Origin: Candidatus Levyibacteriota bacterium | GTDB taxonomy: Bacteria; Patescibacteriota; Microgenomatia; Levybacterales; UBA12049 | Assembly (NCBI GenBank): GCA_963790825.1 | Contig: CAWBPM010000002.1 | Coordinates: 423,159-487,158, forward strand | Length of the DNA: 64,000 bases | Direction of reading: 5' to 3' | Shown: piece after piece, positions 11,361-20,322 of the stretch | Numbering within the stretch: the first letter of the stretch is position 1 | Layout of the letters: each line of letters opens with the position of its first letter | Translations under genes and position numbers: made by a program | Notes under the pieces: model-generated | What the model was told of the DNA's origin: nothing | What the model saw: the letters and a program-made list of their open reading frames with translations, nothing else | The model's database searches: none

Positions 11361-11645
11361 ATGAATAACCAAACAATAAAAAGCACAAAATACGATTTGG
11401 AAGAACTAACTGCAGTATTTGCCGAAAATATCATTGATCTTATGAAGAAGTTACCCAATAATCCAATAAACAAAATAATGATAGAACAACTAGTCGGATC
11501 AGGAGGATCAATGGGAGCAAACTATTGTGAAGCAAATGAAGCAGAAAGTAAAAAGGATTTTATTCACAAAGTAGGAATTTGTAAAAAGGAAACCAAGGAA
11601 ACAAAGCATTGGCTGCGCTTATTAGCCAGAGCAAACCTGAACTAG
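11361..11645 (+). CDS. four-helix-bundle protein (23S rRNA IVS protein / Avd-like family)
   Basis: 94 aa; GSGGSMGANYCEANEAESKKDFIHKVGICKKETKETKHWLRL matches the PF05635/TIGR02436 signature. It is preceded by a 12-bp palindrome gcgagatctcgc. Confidence 0.65.
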   Translation: MNNQTIKSTKYDLEELTAVFAENIIDLMKKLPNNPINKIMIEQLVGSGGSMGANYCEANEAESKKDFIHKVGICKKETKETKHWLRLLARANLN

Positions 11646-11859
11646 CCGAAGAATTTCGTGTATTATGGAAAGAATGCCAAGAACTCCTTTTGATTTTTTC
11701 AGCTATTATCACCAAAAGCAAAACTAGTAATGTTTGAAAATTGTGTCATTGGAGCTTGATTGAAAATTGCCCCTAGGTCCTTAGACTAAGGATCTAAGGA
11801 GAAACTGGGATTTGAAAATTAACTAAATATGGTTTAAATGAGGATATCTAAACGGACTC

Positions 11860-11889
11860 TTGACAATACCTTCAAAGATACTTTATAAT
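11860..11889 (+). promoter_or_regulatory. consensus sigma70-like promoter for phd/relE operon
   Basis: TTGACA (11860-11865), a 17-nt spacer, then TATAAT (11884-11889), about 10 nt upstream of the antitoxin ATG. Confidence 0.45.
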
Positions 11890-11898
11890 GTATGTATT

Positions 11899-12150
11899 AT
11901 GTTACAGACAACTTCAATTACCAACTTAAAACAGAATATTGCAAGCATTATCAATGGAGTTAAGACTACCAATGAACCTGTAGTCATACTCCAACGCTCC
12001 GAACCAGCTGCGGTTATTGTTGATCCTACATATTATAGAATTCTCGAAGAAGCATTGGAGGAAAAAGAGGATCTGAGAGCAATCGCGGATCGGAAGAATG
12101 AGGCAACAGTTACCTCTGAAGAACTCGCAAAGAAACTAGAACAACTATGA
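11899..12150 (+). CDS. Phd/YefM-family antitoxin
   Basis: Starting at ATG 11899: MLQTTSITNLKQNIASIINGVKTTNEPVVILQRSEPAAVIVDPTYYRILEEALE..., the typical YefM layout. There is a 4-nt ATGA overlap with the downstream toxin gene. Confidence 0.7.
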   Translation: MLQTTSITNLKQNIASIINGVKTTNEPVVILQRSEPAAVIVDPTYYRILEEALEEKEDLRAIADRKNEATVTSEELAKKLEQL

Positions 12151-12395
12151 AAATAGTCTTTGCTGTCTCAGCTTCGAAAGAGCTCCTGAATTTGGATAAA
12201 ACTCTCAGAAATAGAATTTTTGAGAAAATTATGACCCTCTCTTCAGATCCCTATCAAATTGGAAGTCAGAAATTAGGCGGTGGAGAAGGATATAGAATAC
12301 GAATTGGCAACTATAGGGTCGTTTACATAATTGATAAAGAGACGAAAGTAATCACGATTATAAAAATCAAACATAGAAGAGACGTATATAGATAA
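12147..12395 (+). CDS. RelE/ParE-family toxin
   Basis: 82 aa; translationally coupled to the antitoxin; size and basic C-terminal half (KIKHRRDVYR) are typical of RelE/ParE toxins. Confidence 0.65.
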   Translation: MKIVFAVSASKELLNLDKTLRNRIFEKIMTLSSDPYQIGSQKLGGGEGYRIRIGNYRVVYIIDKETKVITIIKIKHRRDVYR

Positions 12396-12398
12396 GAG

Positions 12399-12551
12399 TA
12401 TTTCTCCAGTGTCAGCGACGACGTTCGTGTCTATAACTACGCTCTTACCCCGTTACAGATTCAACTTTTAGCCTTGCAAGGTCTCACCTTGCAAGAAACA
12501 ATTTCTCGATCATTTTATCAAGTTCATGCGTGCATATCAAGCCGCATCTGA
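12399..12551 (+). pseudogene. orphan 3' fragment of a LamG-repeat gene
   Basis: The frame directly after the relE stop reads EYFSSVSDDVRVYNYALTPLQIQLLALQG... This is paralogous to the C-terminus of the giant gene (YFSGQIDDVRVFNYALTPVQVQLL). It has no start or upstream part. Confidence 0.5.
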
Positions 12552-12585
12552 CAAAAGTAAATGAGACTATAAATAGGTCAGGTTG

Positions 12586-12840
12586 CTATTTCTCTTTCAT
12601 CTCAGTTATTTCGTCCTTATACTCAAGAATTTCAGGATGCAATTTTATGTCTTTGCGCATCATTGTAAGAACATGGAGTAACTCTTTAACAGAGTCTCCA
12701 ACAATAATCGGCTCTTGTGTCCAAGTCATTGGCTTGTTTGTTTTGTCATACCATGTTTCATGTACACCCAATCCTCCGTTTTTATAACGGAAAATACGAT
12801 AATTCCAATATTCCAGCTTTGGTAAATTTTTTGCTTTCAT
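12586..12840 (-). CDS. hypothetical small protein (possibly HicB-like)
   Basis: 84-aa ORF between the two toxin-antitoxin pairs. Weak resemblance to HicB-type N-terminal domains; not confidently assigned. Confidence 0.25.
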   Translation of the reverse strand: MKAKNLPKLEYWNYRIFRYKNGGLGVHETWYDKTNKPMTWTQEPIIVGDSVKELLHVLTMMRKDIKLHPEILEYKDEITEMKEK

Positions 12841-12864
12841 GGCATAAGACAGTACAACGTACCT

Positions 12865-13140
12865 TTACAGATGTGAAGATTGCAGTTTCTCCATAATCCA
12901 CATCCGGGTAAGACTTGAAATGTTTAAACCTTTCCCTCGTGCTATGTGTTCCAAACGATCTTTTATTGGCTTTTGCAACCGCACGACAATATTTTCCTCT
13001 TTTGGTTGCTCAAGTTGGAAATCCACACTAACCGGCGTAAAGTCATATTCGGTCATGTCATGAGTATCGAACCACTTTGCCATTTCGGTTCTGTTCTTGA
13101 ATTCAGGAATTTGCTTTTTTTGCTGTTTTGTTTGTGTCAT
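12865..13140 (-). CDS. BrnA-family antitoxin (CopG/RHH-like)
   Basis: 91 aa; ...EMAKWFDTHDMTEYDFTPVSVDF...VRLQKPIKDRLEHIARGKGLNISSLTRMWIMEKL matches the BrnA layout (DxxDxxD ... RHH). Confidence 0.6.
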   Translation of the reverse strand: MTQTKQQKKQIPEFKNRTEMAKWFDTHDMTEYDFTPVSVDFQLEQPKEENIVVRLQKPIKDRLEHIARGKGLNISSLTRMWIMEKLQSSHL

Positions 13141-13443
13141 ATTGTTTTTTCACCTCCTTTAAGCCATTTGTTGTAATCTTTTCGTTCTTTTCTGCTTGCA
13201 TCTCTTGCTGATACCGGATAATAGATACCTCCTACTGGTTCTGGATCAAGAAATGCCGAGATAAGTCGTCCGTTTTGTGTCAGTCCTGTTATTCTGAGAC
13301 GTCCTTTTTTTTGCACCTTCTGTTTGGGAAGATGGTTTACAAATATCTTCTACCTCCTCAAGTTTTACATTATGTCGAGCGATATGCGCGATATTCCAGT
13401 TATCCCAAACCAGTTTTGTAATAACAATTTTAGTATTGTTCAC
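13137..13443 (-). pseudogene. BrnT-family toxin (DUF497), frameshifted in a T8/A8 homopolymer
   Basis: The N-terminus LVWDNWNIAHIARHNVKLEEVEDIC is the BrnT signature. After the A8 run (plus-strand T8 at 13305-13312), a different frame encodes the conserved C-terminus GRLRITGLTQNGRLISAFLDPEPVGGIYYPVSARDASRKERKDY. That frame ends in a TGA overlapping the brnA ATG. Confidence 0.6.
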
Positions 13444-13791
13444 AATACAAATCTCTGTTATACAGACTACTACAAATGTATGACAATGTCAATAAGTTAA
13501 AATGTATTCTTTGGTAGAAGTTATACGCTTATTTTAAGAATTAAGTCAAAAGTACAAATGGTCCGAGTCTCCTCCTCTTGTTGTACATCCTAGGCATGAG
13601 TTAACTCAATAGAAATTGTTACATTGAATCCTGAATCTGAAGCTAAAATCGATAAAATAACGAGGGTGTCCACTCTAGTGCAGCCTCTGGGACGAAGTTC
13701 GAACCTACCTCGTTTACGATATAAATCCGAAAGGAAAAGCCTTTCTTAAAATAGCTTTCGCTCATTTCAAAAAGAAAGAAGAGGTAAAGTC

Positions 13792-14280
13792 ATGAATCGG
13801 TTTAAACCATTCAGACTAATCCCCCAACCTCTTCCAGAACCTGTCTCTATTTTATACGATGAGACTACTTTTTACAACAAATTCAAGCAGGATTTACTGA
13901 AGGCTAAGCAGGAGGTTATTATTGAAAGTCCTTTTATTACTACCAGGAGGCTGGAAATGTTAAAGCCGGTATTTGAAATATTGGTTGATAGAGGCATTAA
14001 AGTCTTTGTCATAACCCGTGATCCTAAAGAGCACGATGAATCTATATCGATACAGGCAGAAGAAGGAGTTCGATATTTTGAAGTTTTAGGAGTACAGGTT
14101 CTATTATGCGAGGGTGGTCATCATCGAAAACTGGCAATAATAGACCGAAAAATTCTCTGGGAAGGAAGTTTAAATATTCTTTCACAGTCTAATAGTCGAG
14201 AAATTATGAGAAGAATAGACAATGAAGAAATGACTAAAGATTTATTTAAGTTTTTGATGTTTGACCGGGTTATTTTTTAG
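13792..14280 (+). CDS. phospholipase D-like (HKD) nuclease-domain protein
   Basis: 162 aa with a single HxKx4D motif (GGHHRKLAIIDRKILWEGSLN), as in the PLD/NucT nuclease family. Confidence 0.55.
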   Translation: MNRFKPFRLIPQPLPEPVSILYDETTFYNKFKQDLLKAKQEVIIESPFITTRRLEMLKPVFEILVDRGIKVFVITRDPKEHDESISIQAEEGVRYFEVLGVQVLLCEGGHHRKLAIIDRKILWEGSLNILSQSNSREIMRRIDNEEMTKDLFKFLMFDRVIF

Positions 14281-14355
14281 AGATAATATTTGTTCATATA
14301 ATGGAAACGATTAATTGATATTAAATATCAAGATGAAGTAAATTATGTAGTAAGT

Positions 14356-15651
14356 TTAGTGCGTTAAAATATATTGCCTATGCATTGGAAATTTTTGCAA
14401 TAACGTATCCCTTGCGCTAGTTGTTGGATGTTCCGTCTTATCTCCAATATCACTACCAAAATCAACGTATTTAAATCCTTGATTATCAACGTCAAATACT
14501 AGATCCGCAATAAAATTGATAGTTTGATATCCACTCGCATCCAGCCTTTTTGCAATAAATAATAATTGATCAAGGTATGTTCTTATAATATCATCTGATA
14601 ATGGATTTGAAGCAATACTATTTATAACTCGCTCTGAATGATCATTAACAATAAATTCTTGATAATGAGTGGCGCCTCTAACTCCGTAGTTTTGCGGTAC
14701 AGGAATTCCGATACTTTTAATTTCTTCCATCCTCCTATTATGTATACTTGCCTTTTGTCCAAGACCTCCAGCGAAAGAAATCATATTTTTTTCTTTTATA
14801 TATACATATTGAACAGAGGTATTTGTTGGATCCAATACCGCTACCTTATAGCCATAAATCCAACTTTCAGATCTCATCCCGCTGTCAAAAATTCGTTGTA
14901 TTGAAAGTACCTCCTGTTTATCCCCAACAATCCCTAAATCTCTTAATGTCTCATCGCTTGGCATAGAGGATGCTGTTAAAGCAGCTTTGCTCTCCAACTC
15001 TTGTGTAAGTCCGCGTAAAAAGCCAATCTCTTTTTTTACCGAGTCAACTGAATCACTACCATGAGTTAAATTATTAGGCAATTTATCTTGAATAGCATAT
15101 TTGCCACGAATAGAATTTGGATCTGCTTCATTAGCTCTAGTTTTACCCATACGATTTCTCCACCAACTTACAGCATCACCTTCTGATCTATATATAAGTA
15201 AAAAGGTTAGAGGACCAGATTGTGCGAATTCAGAAATAGTATCCCAAACAGTTTTATCTGGTCCAGCTTGAATTTTTTCATATATTGGTTTTACATCGCT
15301 ATAAAATCTTACAGCCTGTTCGTTATTTAATCGAGATGAAAACGAAAATACGATATTATCCCTTCCAACTTCATCGATTAATTTATCCGCAGCTTCTTGG
15401 TCTCTATCAGGTAAATCTCGTCCTTCGTGAGCATGCGGTTTTATAATACCTAAGGTTAGGTTTCCTTCTTCAATCATTGTATCTAAAGCAGGATGCTGCA
15501 ATACTTCATTAATTTTGTGTAGACGTTCTAACTCCAATGCACCTAAGCTAAGAGTTTCATTTCTTAAACCCACAGAAATTTCATCCGATAGATCTCGGCG
15601 GCTAAGTGAATATGGTGGTTGAACTGAGTTAAATTCTTGTTCTATTTTCAT
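14356..15651 (-). CDS. nucleoside diphosphate kinase domain fused to a C-terminal protein-kinase-like (DFG-motif) domain
   Basis: Residues ~65-215 align to the canonical NDK (LTLGIIKPHA ... SGPLTFLLIY ... NLTHGSDSVDSVKKEI catalytic His). The C-terminal ~200 aa contain IADLVFDVDNQGFKYVDFGSD (catalytic-loop Asp/Asn plus a DFG-like motif). Confidence 0.6.
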   Translation of the reverse strand: MKIEQEFNSVQPPYSLSRRDLSDEISVGLRNETLSLGALELERLHKINEVLQHPALDTMIEEGNLTLGIIKPHAHEGRDLPDRDQEAADKLIDEVGRDNIVFSFSSRLNNEQAVRFYSDVKPIYEKIQAGPDKTVWDTISEFAQSGPLTFLLIYRSEGDAVSWWRNRMGKTRANEADPNSIRGKYAIQDKLPNNLTHGSDSVDSVKKEIGFLRGLTQELESKAALTASSMPSDETLRDLGIVGDKQEVLSIQRIFDSGMRSESWIYGYKVAVLDPTNTSVQYVYIKEKNMISFAGGLGQKASIHNRRMEEIKSIGIPVPQNYGVRGATHYQEFIVNDHSERVINSIASNPLSDDIIRTYLDQLLFIAKRLDASGYQTINFIADLVFDVDNQGFKYVDFGSDIGDKTEHPTTSARDTLLQKFPMHRQYILTH

Positions 15652-15830
15652 ATTTCTTACTTTTTAGCTTTTGAACTTTATTCAAAATTTGAATAAATTG
15701 ATCAAGTTTTTTAATTTCATCAAGCAGTTTCTTCTTAGTTTGATTAGTTTTAAGAGGTAACATATATTATAAGCCATCTCGTTAGGATTTTCAAGCTCGT
15801 CAAAAATTAATATATTATGGTTAAATATAT

Positions 15831-16337
15831 TTATAGAGTATTAGGTTCTTTCTCTATGGAGACAATATTATTTTTTTCGTTATATAATATTTTAACGAAT
15901 TGGACTAAAGAACTTTTTGAAAGTAATGAATCAATTATCTGCTCAAAGGCAGGATATAAATTTTGTTGCTGTAATTGCTTTGATGTAAGAAAAAGGATCT
16001 TACCCTCAGGTGTAGTCGCAATTTCTCCTCCTGCGTAATCAGCAATAAAATAAAATGAAACCCATGTCGAATCATTAGGCCTAACTTCAGTAGTTATAGC
16101 ACTCAATTTCAAATGATTAATATAAACTCCAGCTTCTTCATGTGTTTCTCTTAATGCGCAACTATATATATTTTCATCCTTTTCCAACTTACCGCCGAGT
16201 GGATGTATGACTCCTGGAGCATAATTTTTTTTGTTTGAACGCTTTATTACTATATACTTATTACCTCTTTTAACTAACACATTAACACTTATTACAATAT
16301 TATGTATATAAGGGATTGTGTTTATAGATTGTGTCAT
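15831..16337 (-). CDS. Nudix hydrolase
   Basis: Nudix box GGKLEKDENIYSCALRETHEEAGV (Gx5Ex7REUxEExGU). Confidence 0.7.
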   Translation of the reverse strand: MTQSINTIPYIHNIVISVNVLVKRGNKYIVIKRSNKKNYAPGVIHPLGGKLEKDENIYSCALRETHEEAGVYINHLKLSAITTEVRPNDSTWVSFYFIADYAGGEIATTPEGKILFLTSKQLQQQNLYPAFEQIIDSLLSKSSLVQFVKILYNEKNNIVSIEKEPNTL

Positions 16338-17039
16338 TTAAATATTAATATCGACGTTAACAGCTTGTTTCATATTAAAAACAATTTGATCATACATTAT
16401 GCCAACGACGCTGTCTATAGGAAGAGAAGTTGTATCTATTAAAACAGCATTTTCGGCTTTACGAAGTGGAGATGTAGTTCGAGAAGTATCTAAATTATCT
16501 CTTTCCTGAAGTTGAATAAATAGTGCTTCTAATGATGTATCATGTCCTTTCCCTATCTGCTGCGATAATCTTCTTCTTGTACGAGCCTCAGGAGATGCAG
16601 TTAGGTAAAATTTATGTAAAGCATCAGGAAATATATCAGTGCCAATATCTCTTCCAGCCATCACAATTTCACCTTGCACACCGAATGCTTGTTGTCGAGT
16701 CTTAACAACCCGTCTTACTTCTGCACCAGAGCCTACATATGGTACAATTTTAGTAACAACGGGATTATCTAACTCAGCTGTTACATCAATTCCATTAACA
16801 TAAACTATTTGTTCACAATCAGTTGAAATAATCTGAATATCTAATTCTTGAAATATTTTAGCAGTTTCAACATCCGACTTCGGTTTTAATTCATTTTTTA
16901 ATAAATAATGACATCCCGCTCGGTATAACTGTCCAGAATCAACAAATCTAAAATTTAATTTTTTTGCTATAGACAATCCTGTTGTTGTTTTTCCTGAAGA
17001 AGCAGGGCCATCAACAGTGACAATAGTTTCGTTCCTCAT
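16338..17039 (-). CDS. cmk: cytidylate (CMP/dCMP) kinase-like
   Basis: IVTVDGPASSGKTTTGLSIAKKLNFRFVDSGQLYRA matches the Cmk N-terminal P-loop and NMP-binding segment. The stop is adjacent to the Nudix start. Confidence 0.65.
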   Translation of the reverse strand: MRNETIVTVDGPASSGKTTTGLSIAKKLNFRFVDSGQLYRAGCHYLLKNELKPKSDVETAKIFQELDIQIISTDCEQIVYVNGIDVTAELDNPVVTKIVPYVGSGAEVRRVVKTRQQAFGVQGEIVMAGRDIGTDIFPDALHKFYLTASPEARTRRRLSQQIGKGHDTSLEALFIQLQERDNLDTSRTTSPLRKAENAVLIDTTSLPIDSVVGIMYDQIVFNMKQAVNVDINI

Positions 17040-17812
17040 AAATTTGCACTTACTAACAAATTTTCAACAAATAATCTTTCAGCTTGTTGTATGTTCCACC
17101 GAGGATCTTTCCTAAAACGTGCTTGTTTTTCTTCACTAGTTAAAAAACCTGGTAAGTCTCGAGCTATCATATCATTGTATCCTTCTCTTACAATCTCATA
17201 TACAGGTATACCAACCTCATATTTTAATACTGATAGAGCATTATATTGAGGATTTACCTCAACTTCAAAGAATTGTCCTTGGGGCGCTAAGCTATCAAGC
17301 GTAAATGTCCCAAATGGATTTTCATATTGTACTCGATGTTTATCGACTATAATTGCTGGATTTATTGCTCTAGAGTGAAGTACTTCAGCTAATTCGAAAT
17401 ATACTAATGTGTTTGCGTCTGCAATAGGAGGAACTGGTAGCTGCAATCTTCGAAAGATAGCATTTAAAATTTTTATTGTTTCAGATGTAAAAGGTAAAGG
17501 CATAACTATTTCCTCAATGTACCATGGGTTTTCGCGATTTGCGTATTGGTTAAAGAATAGCGATTTGAATTCAAACATTGTTGGTTGTGGACCTTCAAAT
17601 CTAGCCCTTAAACCTCTATTTAAATTCGTTATTATTGCCTCAGGAGTATCAAAATAAATATCTTTCTGATCATATTCTCCTACTAATTGGGTCTGGTATG
17701 CTAAATAATTTGCTATTTTAGATGAATATTTAGGAGAAACACGGATTTTAACCTCTCGTTCTTCTTTACTTGTATGTTCTTCGTCTTTGGGTTTTCGTCC
17801 TTTCTCTTGCAT
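17036..17812 (-). CDS. CYTH-like (triphosphate tunnel metalloenzyme) domain protein
   Basis: EREVKIRVSP...QKDIYFDTP...GLRARFEG resembles the CYTH N-terminal ExExK motif and the following strands. There is a 4-nt overlap with cmk. Confidence 0.4.
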   Translation of the reverse strand: MQEKGRKPKDEEHTSKEEREVKIRVSPKYSSKIANYLAYQTQLVGEYDQKDIYFDTPEAIITNLNRGLRARFEGPQPTMFEFKSLFFNQYANRENPWYIEEIVMPLPFTSETIKILNAIFRRLQLPVPPIADANTLVYFELAEVLHSRAINPAIIVDKHRVQYENPFGTFTLDSLAPQGQFFEVEVNPQYNALSVLKYEVGIPVYEIVREGYNDMIARDLPGFLTSEEKQARFRKDPRWNIQQAERLFVENLLVSANL

Positions 17813-17846
17813 AATTTTTAATATTTCAAATATATTTATATAACAA

Positions 17847-19391
17847 TTAGTTTTTTACTCCAGGTAAATATTCTCCAAGAGCCAACATATCTCGTCTTTG
17901 TAAAGTCATTGCATCTGCAATCAATCCTTGAATTTCGGATGGCTTGATGTCAGAAAATGCTAGATCAGTAGTATAATTGTGTTTTTGTCTCTCTTCAAGT
18001 CCTTCTAATAATACTGGCTGAAATCCTCTTAATATTTCTTCTTCAGAATACATATATGATCTTTGAGGATTTCCCCAAATTCCTTCAGGCCAAGACTCTA
18101 TACCGGTTATATAATTATATAAAGCAGTACCTGGATAGGGTCTAAACTCAAACATACTACCTCTAAATTGAGCGTTATTTGTTTTTCCAGATGGAGTTAT
18201 AGGATTTCTAGCAACTGCATCTCGCGTAACTTGACGTAACCGATGCATAAAAGCGATTGTTTGTTCCATCTCTTCACGTGTTTCAGATGGGGTTCCTAAA
18301 ATAAAGTATCCCTTAGTCCTTATACCAACACTAGCTAGTTTAGCAACTGACTCTTCAACCATTTCGGGTGTTACTTTTTTATCCATTACACCAAGAACAC
18401 GAGGTACAGCGGACTCGATACCCATCGAAATTTCGCGACATCCACTTAACGCTATCATATTCATGATATCAGTCCCAAGCATTGATAGTATATTCGCTCT
18501 ACCAGTCGCATCCCATACGAAGTCACTATTTAATCCTGTTTGTATCATATGGGTAAGAAACCCTTCCATTCTTTTTCTATTTGCAAGAAAAAGATCATCA
18601 AGAAATCTTACAGCATTAACTGATTGATCTCTTAACATTTCTAGTTCACCGATCATATTCTGAGGCGTACGGTTTCGTACTCCAAATAACATCATTTCTC
18701 TTGCTCCAGCACAGAATCTGCAGTTAAATGGACATCCTCTAGAGCCAACCATATTCGTCTCAGTTCGTCCTTCAGACAAAAAAGGATCATTTGGTAAAAA
18801 TTTTCTGTCTGCATATGACAATTCGTCGATATTCCACGGAATCCATAACTTATCTGGATCTGTTCGTCTTTCAACAAATTCGCCAGTTTTTTCATCAATA
18901 TACGCAATTCCACTCATTTGTCGAGGTTCAACGTCTTTTAATAAACCTCTCATAACATATTCTCCATCTTCAAGGGCAAGTACCTTTATTTTTCTTCCAA
19001 TGTCCGGATCTCTCAATACCTTCTCCGGTAGTGCTTTTGCATGTGCCGCCCCAACTGCAACAGCAATAGACGGGTTAACATTTTTGAGTATTCTTTTAGC
19101 AAGCGAATATGTGGGAGTTAATAAATTAATACCTATCCACCTTGGATTTGCCTCATTTAGAATTCTTGCTGCTGTTTCGGGGGATAACGCTTGCGTTTCT
19201 ACATCAAGCACACCAACATTATATCCTACCCTTTCGCATTCAGTTGCAATATATGCTAATCCAAATGCTGGAAGTTCTTCCGTATCTGGTCGATTTATAT
19301 TTGTGTAATCATTAATTGGAGAATTAACTAATATCAGATCAGCTTTTTGTTGTGGCTCTTTAAGTCCGCTTATGTAAGTTTCTTTTTCCAT
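17847..19391 (-). CDS. B12-binding-domain radical SAM enzyme (class B)
   Basis: The N-terminus has a Rossmann-like cobalamin-binding region. A CPFNCRFC (CxxxCxxC) radical SAM motif follows. 514 aa. Confidence 0.7.
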   Translation of the reverse strand: MEKETYISGLKEPQQKADLILVNSPINDYTNINRPDTEELPAFGLAYIATECERVGYNVGVLDVETQALSPETAARILNEANPRWIGINLLTPTYSLAKRILKNVNPSIAVAVGAAHAKALPEKVLRDPDIGRKIKVLALEDGEYVMRGLLKDVEPRQMSGIAYIDEKTGEFVERRTDPDKLWIPWNIDELSYADRKFLPNDPFLSEGRTETNMVGSRGCPFNCRFCAGAREMMLFGVRNRTPQNMIGELEMLRDQSVNAVRFLDDLFLANRKRMEGFLTHMIQTGLNSDFVWDATGRANILSMLGTDIMNMIALSGCREISMGIESAVPRVLGVMDKKVTPEMVEESVAKLASVGIRTKGYFILGTPSETREEMEQTIAFMHRLRQVTRDAVARNPITPSGKTNNAQFRGSMFEFRPYPGTALYNYITGIESWPEGIWGNPQRSYMYSEEEILRGFQPVLLEGLEERQKHNYTTDLAFSDIKPSEIQGLIADAMTLQRRDMLALGEYLPGVKN

Positions 19392-19495
19392 AATGAGTAA
19401 CAGATACTCAATGAGTATCTGTTACTCATATTATCATATTTGTATTTAATGTCAAGTTAGTTATAAAGTTAAAGAATATAAGAGTTTTTCTATAT

Positions 19496-20068
19496 TTATC
19501 TTGAATATTCGGGGTCGTCACGCATTCTCTGTTCAATTAGATCTCTAAAAAAATCAGATTTAGAAGCATATCTTCTCTTTTTAGCAGCCCACTTCATATA
19601 AGAATCAATTTCATGTGATATAAAAACATTAAATTTAACCTTATTTTTTTTAAATGAACTTAAGAAATGAGATAACTGTTTGCTCAAATTACTTTTATTA
19701 AAGATTAATAGATTAAATATTTGAGAGTTTCTTTTATGAGTGAGAATATTGGGAATATTAGCTTGATTACTATCCTCACAGATACATAAAATAGGGACAT
19801 TATTATAACGCGCAAATTCAATTAGTATACCAAGAGAAATTGATTGATCAGTTATATCTACCATTAGAAGATCAGAGTTACTAACGCTTTTTAACGCTAC
19901 TTCATAAAGGTCTGGTGGCAATGGCACTTTATCTTTATTTTCAACAACAGAAGTTAAATATGGGTTGCTATTCTCAATATCTAAAGAACGAAAAATTTCT
20001 AAAATAGATCTAAATTGTTCTTTATTATCGCCCATTCTCTCTGTAGTGGATGTTAAATACACTTTCAT
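19496..20068 (-). CDS. nucleoside 2-deoxyribosyltransferase-like domain protein with C-terminal RHH-like tail
   Basis: MKVYLTST ... SDLLMVDITDQSISLGILIEFARYNNVPIL pattern of the NDT/LOG-like fold. The C-terminus FISHEIDSYMKWAAKKRRYASKSDFFRDLIEQRMRDD resembles a ribbon-helix-helix. Confidence 0.4.
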   Translation of the reverse strand: MKVYLTSTTERMGDNKEQFRSILEIFRSLDIENSNPYLTSVVENKDKVPLPPDLYEVALKSVSNSDLLMVDITDQSISLGILIEFARYNNVPILCICEDSNQANIPNILTHKRNSQIFNLLIFNKSNLSKQLSHFLSSFKKNKVKFNVFISHEIDSYMKWAAKKRRYASKSDFFRDLIEQRMRDDPEYSR

Positions 20069-20322
20069 AGAATATTGTTAACCTATATATTACTTTTATT
20101 ATAGTCTTACAATTTGAAAACTTTAAAACTATCGCACTATATTATAGCATTAATCGTAGTTTTTACCTATAGTATGTTTTCTTTTAATCTGGCTGTATTT
20201 GTGGTTGTCTATTCTGTTGTGGAATGTCTGTTTCTATTTCTCGTTTCATAGCGGGGATAATTACTATTATATATTTATGGGAATACCACCAAAGATGAGT
20301 ATTGGAAGTATTATAGGTATCA

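Noticed and set aside
11170-12551. The 3' end of the LamG gene and the downstream paralogous fragment as a DGR VR/TR pair.
   Set aside because: The mismatches are spread over T/C/G positions, mostly synonymous third positions, not confined to adenines. The copies are only ~65% identical, and no reverse transcriptase is present.
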